A stretch of 63,979 nt of DNA, counting the filler, from Asterionella formosa (lineage: Eukaryota), in NCBI GenBank assembly GCA_002256025.1. It is 23 parts of 23 records of this genome, joined end to end, with 100 filler letters (N's around TTAATTAATTAA, not from the genome) between each part and the next. Parts side by side here need not be neighbours in the genome. Positions count along the whole stretch, not along the records: positions 61,566 to 62,722 come from NKIB01003992.1; positions 62,823 to 63,979 come from NKIB01003994.1; 21 more parts are not named here. The stretch is one strand, 5' to 3'. A program made the translations under genes and the position numbers. Below are positions 62,036 through 63,979 of this stretch, in pieces. Below the pieces are notes generated by a model, which saw only the letters and a list, made by a program, of their open reading frames with translations, was not told the DNA's origin and made no database searches. Positions within the stretch are counted from its first letter, which is position 1, and each line of letters opens with the position of its first letter.

Positions 62036-62822
62036 AGTGGGAATCTGACTACCTGGTACCCCCAGTATATCACTGCCTACCTGCTAGCTACTGGTACTCT
62101 GTATATATATATGATAAATTGTTATTGTCGTATCATGTACTGGTACACATGAAGAACTCCCGCCCAAAAAAGGGGCTTAAAAACAATTTGCTACCAATAT
62201 CCTTGCATATAAATGATGATACAAATGGGTTGTGACTTAGTACACCAATTGAATGGTCAAAATAATTAGTTCCAACGGATGTAGAAAATATTGATGCAAA
62301 CAAATTTCAGAAACAGTACCAGTACACCAAGTTGTGGAAAACAATGAACATATCGTGCATTGAATATTTTCGAATTATCTATATGCGAATATGATCATCT
62401 TAACAATACCAGACGTTCCATATTGAGAGTGCCTTTGATTTTTATAAATGTACGACACTTGATATATTTATATATTTACAAATTTTATAACTATATACAT
62501 GGCAAATATATTTGAAATTGTTCTGTCATGTTAACAAACAATGCCTGCTTAATGAAAAGAAATATCGTTAAGCACATGACAAGAAAAAAAGTTTACGCAA
62601 TAACGAAAAACATTGTGGCTTCAACACATTGCGCCTTCGAAGGATGGAGTATGTTTAAGGTAATGAAGCCATCAATGTGGTACTTGGATGACAATCATTG
62701 GGAGGCAGGACAACAACAAATANNNNNNNNNNNNNNNNNNNNNNNNNNNNNNNNNNNNNNNNNNNNTTAATTAATTAANNNNNNNNNNNNNNNNNNNNNN
62801 NNNNNNNNNNNNNNNNNNNNNN

Positions 62823-63060
62823 TGTAGGTAGTAGTACGGAAGAGGATGAAACTGATTGAGGAGTTTCAGGTGGAAAAGCACTCTCGACCTTTTCAAAAGC
62901 TGCAATGCGGGTCTGGTTTGCTTTGCATCTCCATAGCTCCGCAGAACTGACATTCCTTCAAGTCGATGACCTTTTCCAACGTTCAGATGATGATTTCGGA
63001 CCCACAGTGAGGGGTGAATGTACTTGGATAGGCATGAAACGATGGCACCTTTGCCCATGG
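62823..63060 (-). pseudogene. Degenerate coding fragment, possibly a DNA-transposase N-terminus
   Basis: GKGAIV..SKYIHPS..VR......HRLEG resembles, from memory only, diatom IS4/piggyBac-like transposase N-termini. Confidence 0.25.
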
Positions 63061-63493
63061 TCAATTTTTGTTTTCGTGCCTTCCTGCACAAACATTTTGA
63101 GATTTTTTCGGCTGGTCGCTAGGCTTCTCATGTATCTGAATTTTTTTGAACCTATAAGCTTATTGCCATGCATACCTCCAGAAACCTACAGTTCTGTAGA
63201 TTTAGATTAACTTTTCAGAAATGAATTATCCGTCGAATTGATCTACCAGTAGGGGCAAGGGATTGAAAACCCAGACCGAATCCAGTCTATTAGACTGAAC
63301 TCAGCCTAGCCGGAAAGAATCCAATAGCTATAAATAAATGACACATCAAAATATATAAAACAAATACCGGGTTGGTACACTTTGTTAGTCTCCATATACC
63401 AATTTAGTTTCAATGTACCAGGTAAACTAGTCTACCTAAATACTGGTATGCAGACTAGAATGTTCTAAGAATTTTAGGCAAAAAAGGCAAATA

Positions 63494-63588
63494 CCAGCAA
63501 GTTGCGGTAATTTTGCTGAAACTAAAGATTTAGCTATCTTTATCCCAGATTAAAATGCTAGTTTAAGCAAATGACCGCAACTTGCAGG
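63494..63588. mobile_element. 95-bp TA-flanked MITE (Tc1/mariner-like)
   Basis: TA-CCAGCAAGTTGCGGTAATTTTGCTGAAACTA ... TAGTTTAAGCAAATGACCGCAACTTGCAGG-TA; ~31-bp imperfect TIRs. Confidence 0.7.
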
Positions 63589-63979
63589 TAAACAATTCCA
63601 AATTCATAGTTTATAGTGTTATGTTATTTAGTGGACCGACAGATTTTGAAAACCCTAATTTCGTCCACCAACATGTAAAGATCTAGCATCCACTCATTCT
63701 GCAGAACGTTTATAAACGCACTGCTACTCGATCACCTATGACTTGTGTAAGAAATATTTACAACCAGCTATCGCCTGTACCAGTGCGACTTGAAGTTGAA
63801 ATACAATGAGAGAACACCGCGCTCAAACGTGCAGCGAAAGCCTCGCTTTCTAGACTTGTTCCATTCGCGATTTATGATCTTGAAGGCGATATCTTCGTAG
63901 GGAGGTCCCGCATGGAAACGAATGATGCAAAACTCATCTGAATCTGACCGATGGAGGGTATATTGTGGAGTTTTTGTCT

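Noticed and set aside
37537..62822. Regularly spaced TTAATTAATTAA motif resembling a repeat-spacer array
   Set aside because: It is an artificial linker inside N runs. Adjacency between contigs has no biological meaning, and ORFs running into X are artefacts.

Overview
Eukaryotic nuclear DNA, very probably a diatom: bipartite ASAF-type plastid presequences, short GT-AG introns and Copia-type retroelements. The window is not contiguous. It is a concatenation of contigs joined by an artificial 100-bp linker (N44-TTAATTAATTAA-N44): two gene-rich pieces (1-18767, 18868-37536) and 21 short contigs of about 1.16 kb. The large contigs carry atpC, a basic 2Fe-2S protein, UPM1, a DUF1664-like protein, eIF2B-delta, a frameshifted sulfotransferase-like/GT2/GT2 fusion, a RING protein, FDXR, RPA3, a SET-domain protein, two tandem secreted propeller-like proteins, a plastid glutaredoxin and a deleted Harbinger-like transposon. 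The short contigs hold four LINE 3' ends with a structured UTR, a LINE piece with RT before endonuclease, Copia and Gypsy remnants, satellites, MITE-like hairpins and one bacterial contig. The most unusual signal is a pervasive intergenic lattice of TACC(A/T)GGTA and TACCGGTA palindromes. A TA-flanked 95-bp MITE at 63494-63588 has termini that would leave exactly that footprint on excision; this link is an inference.
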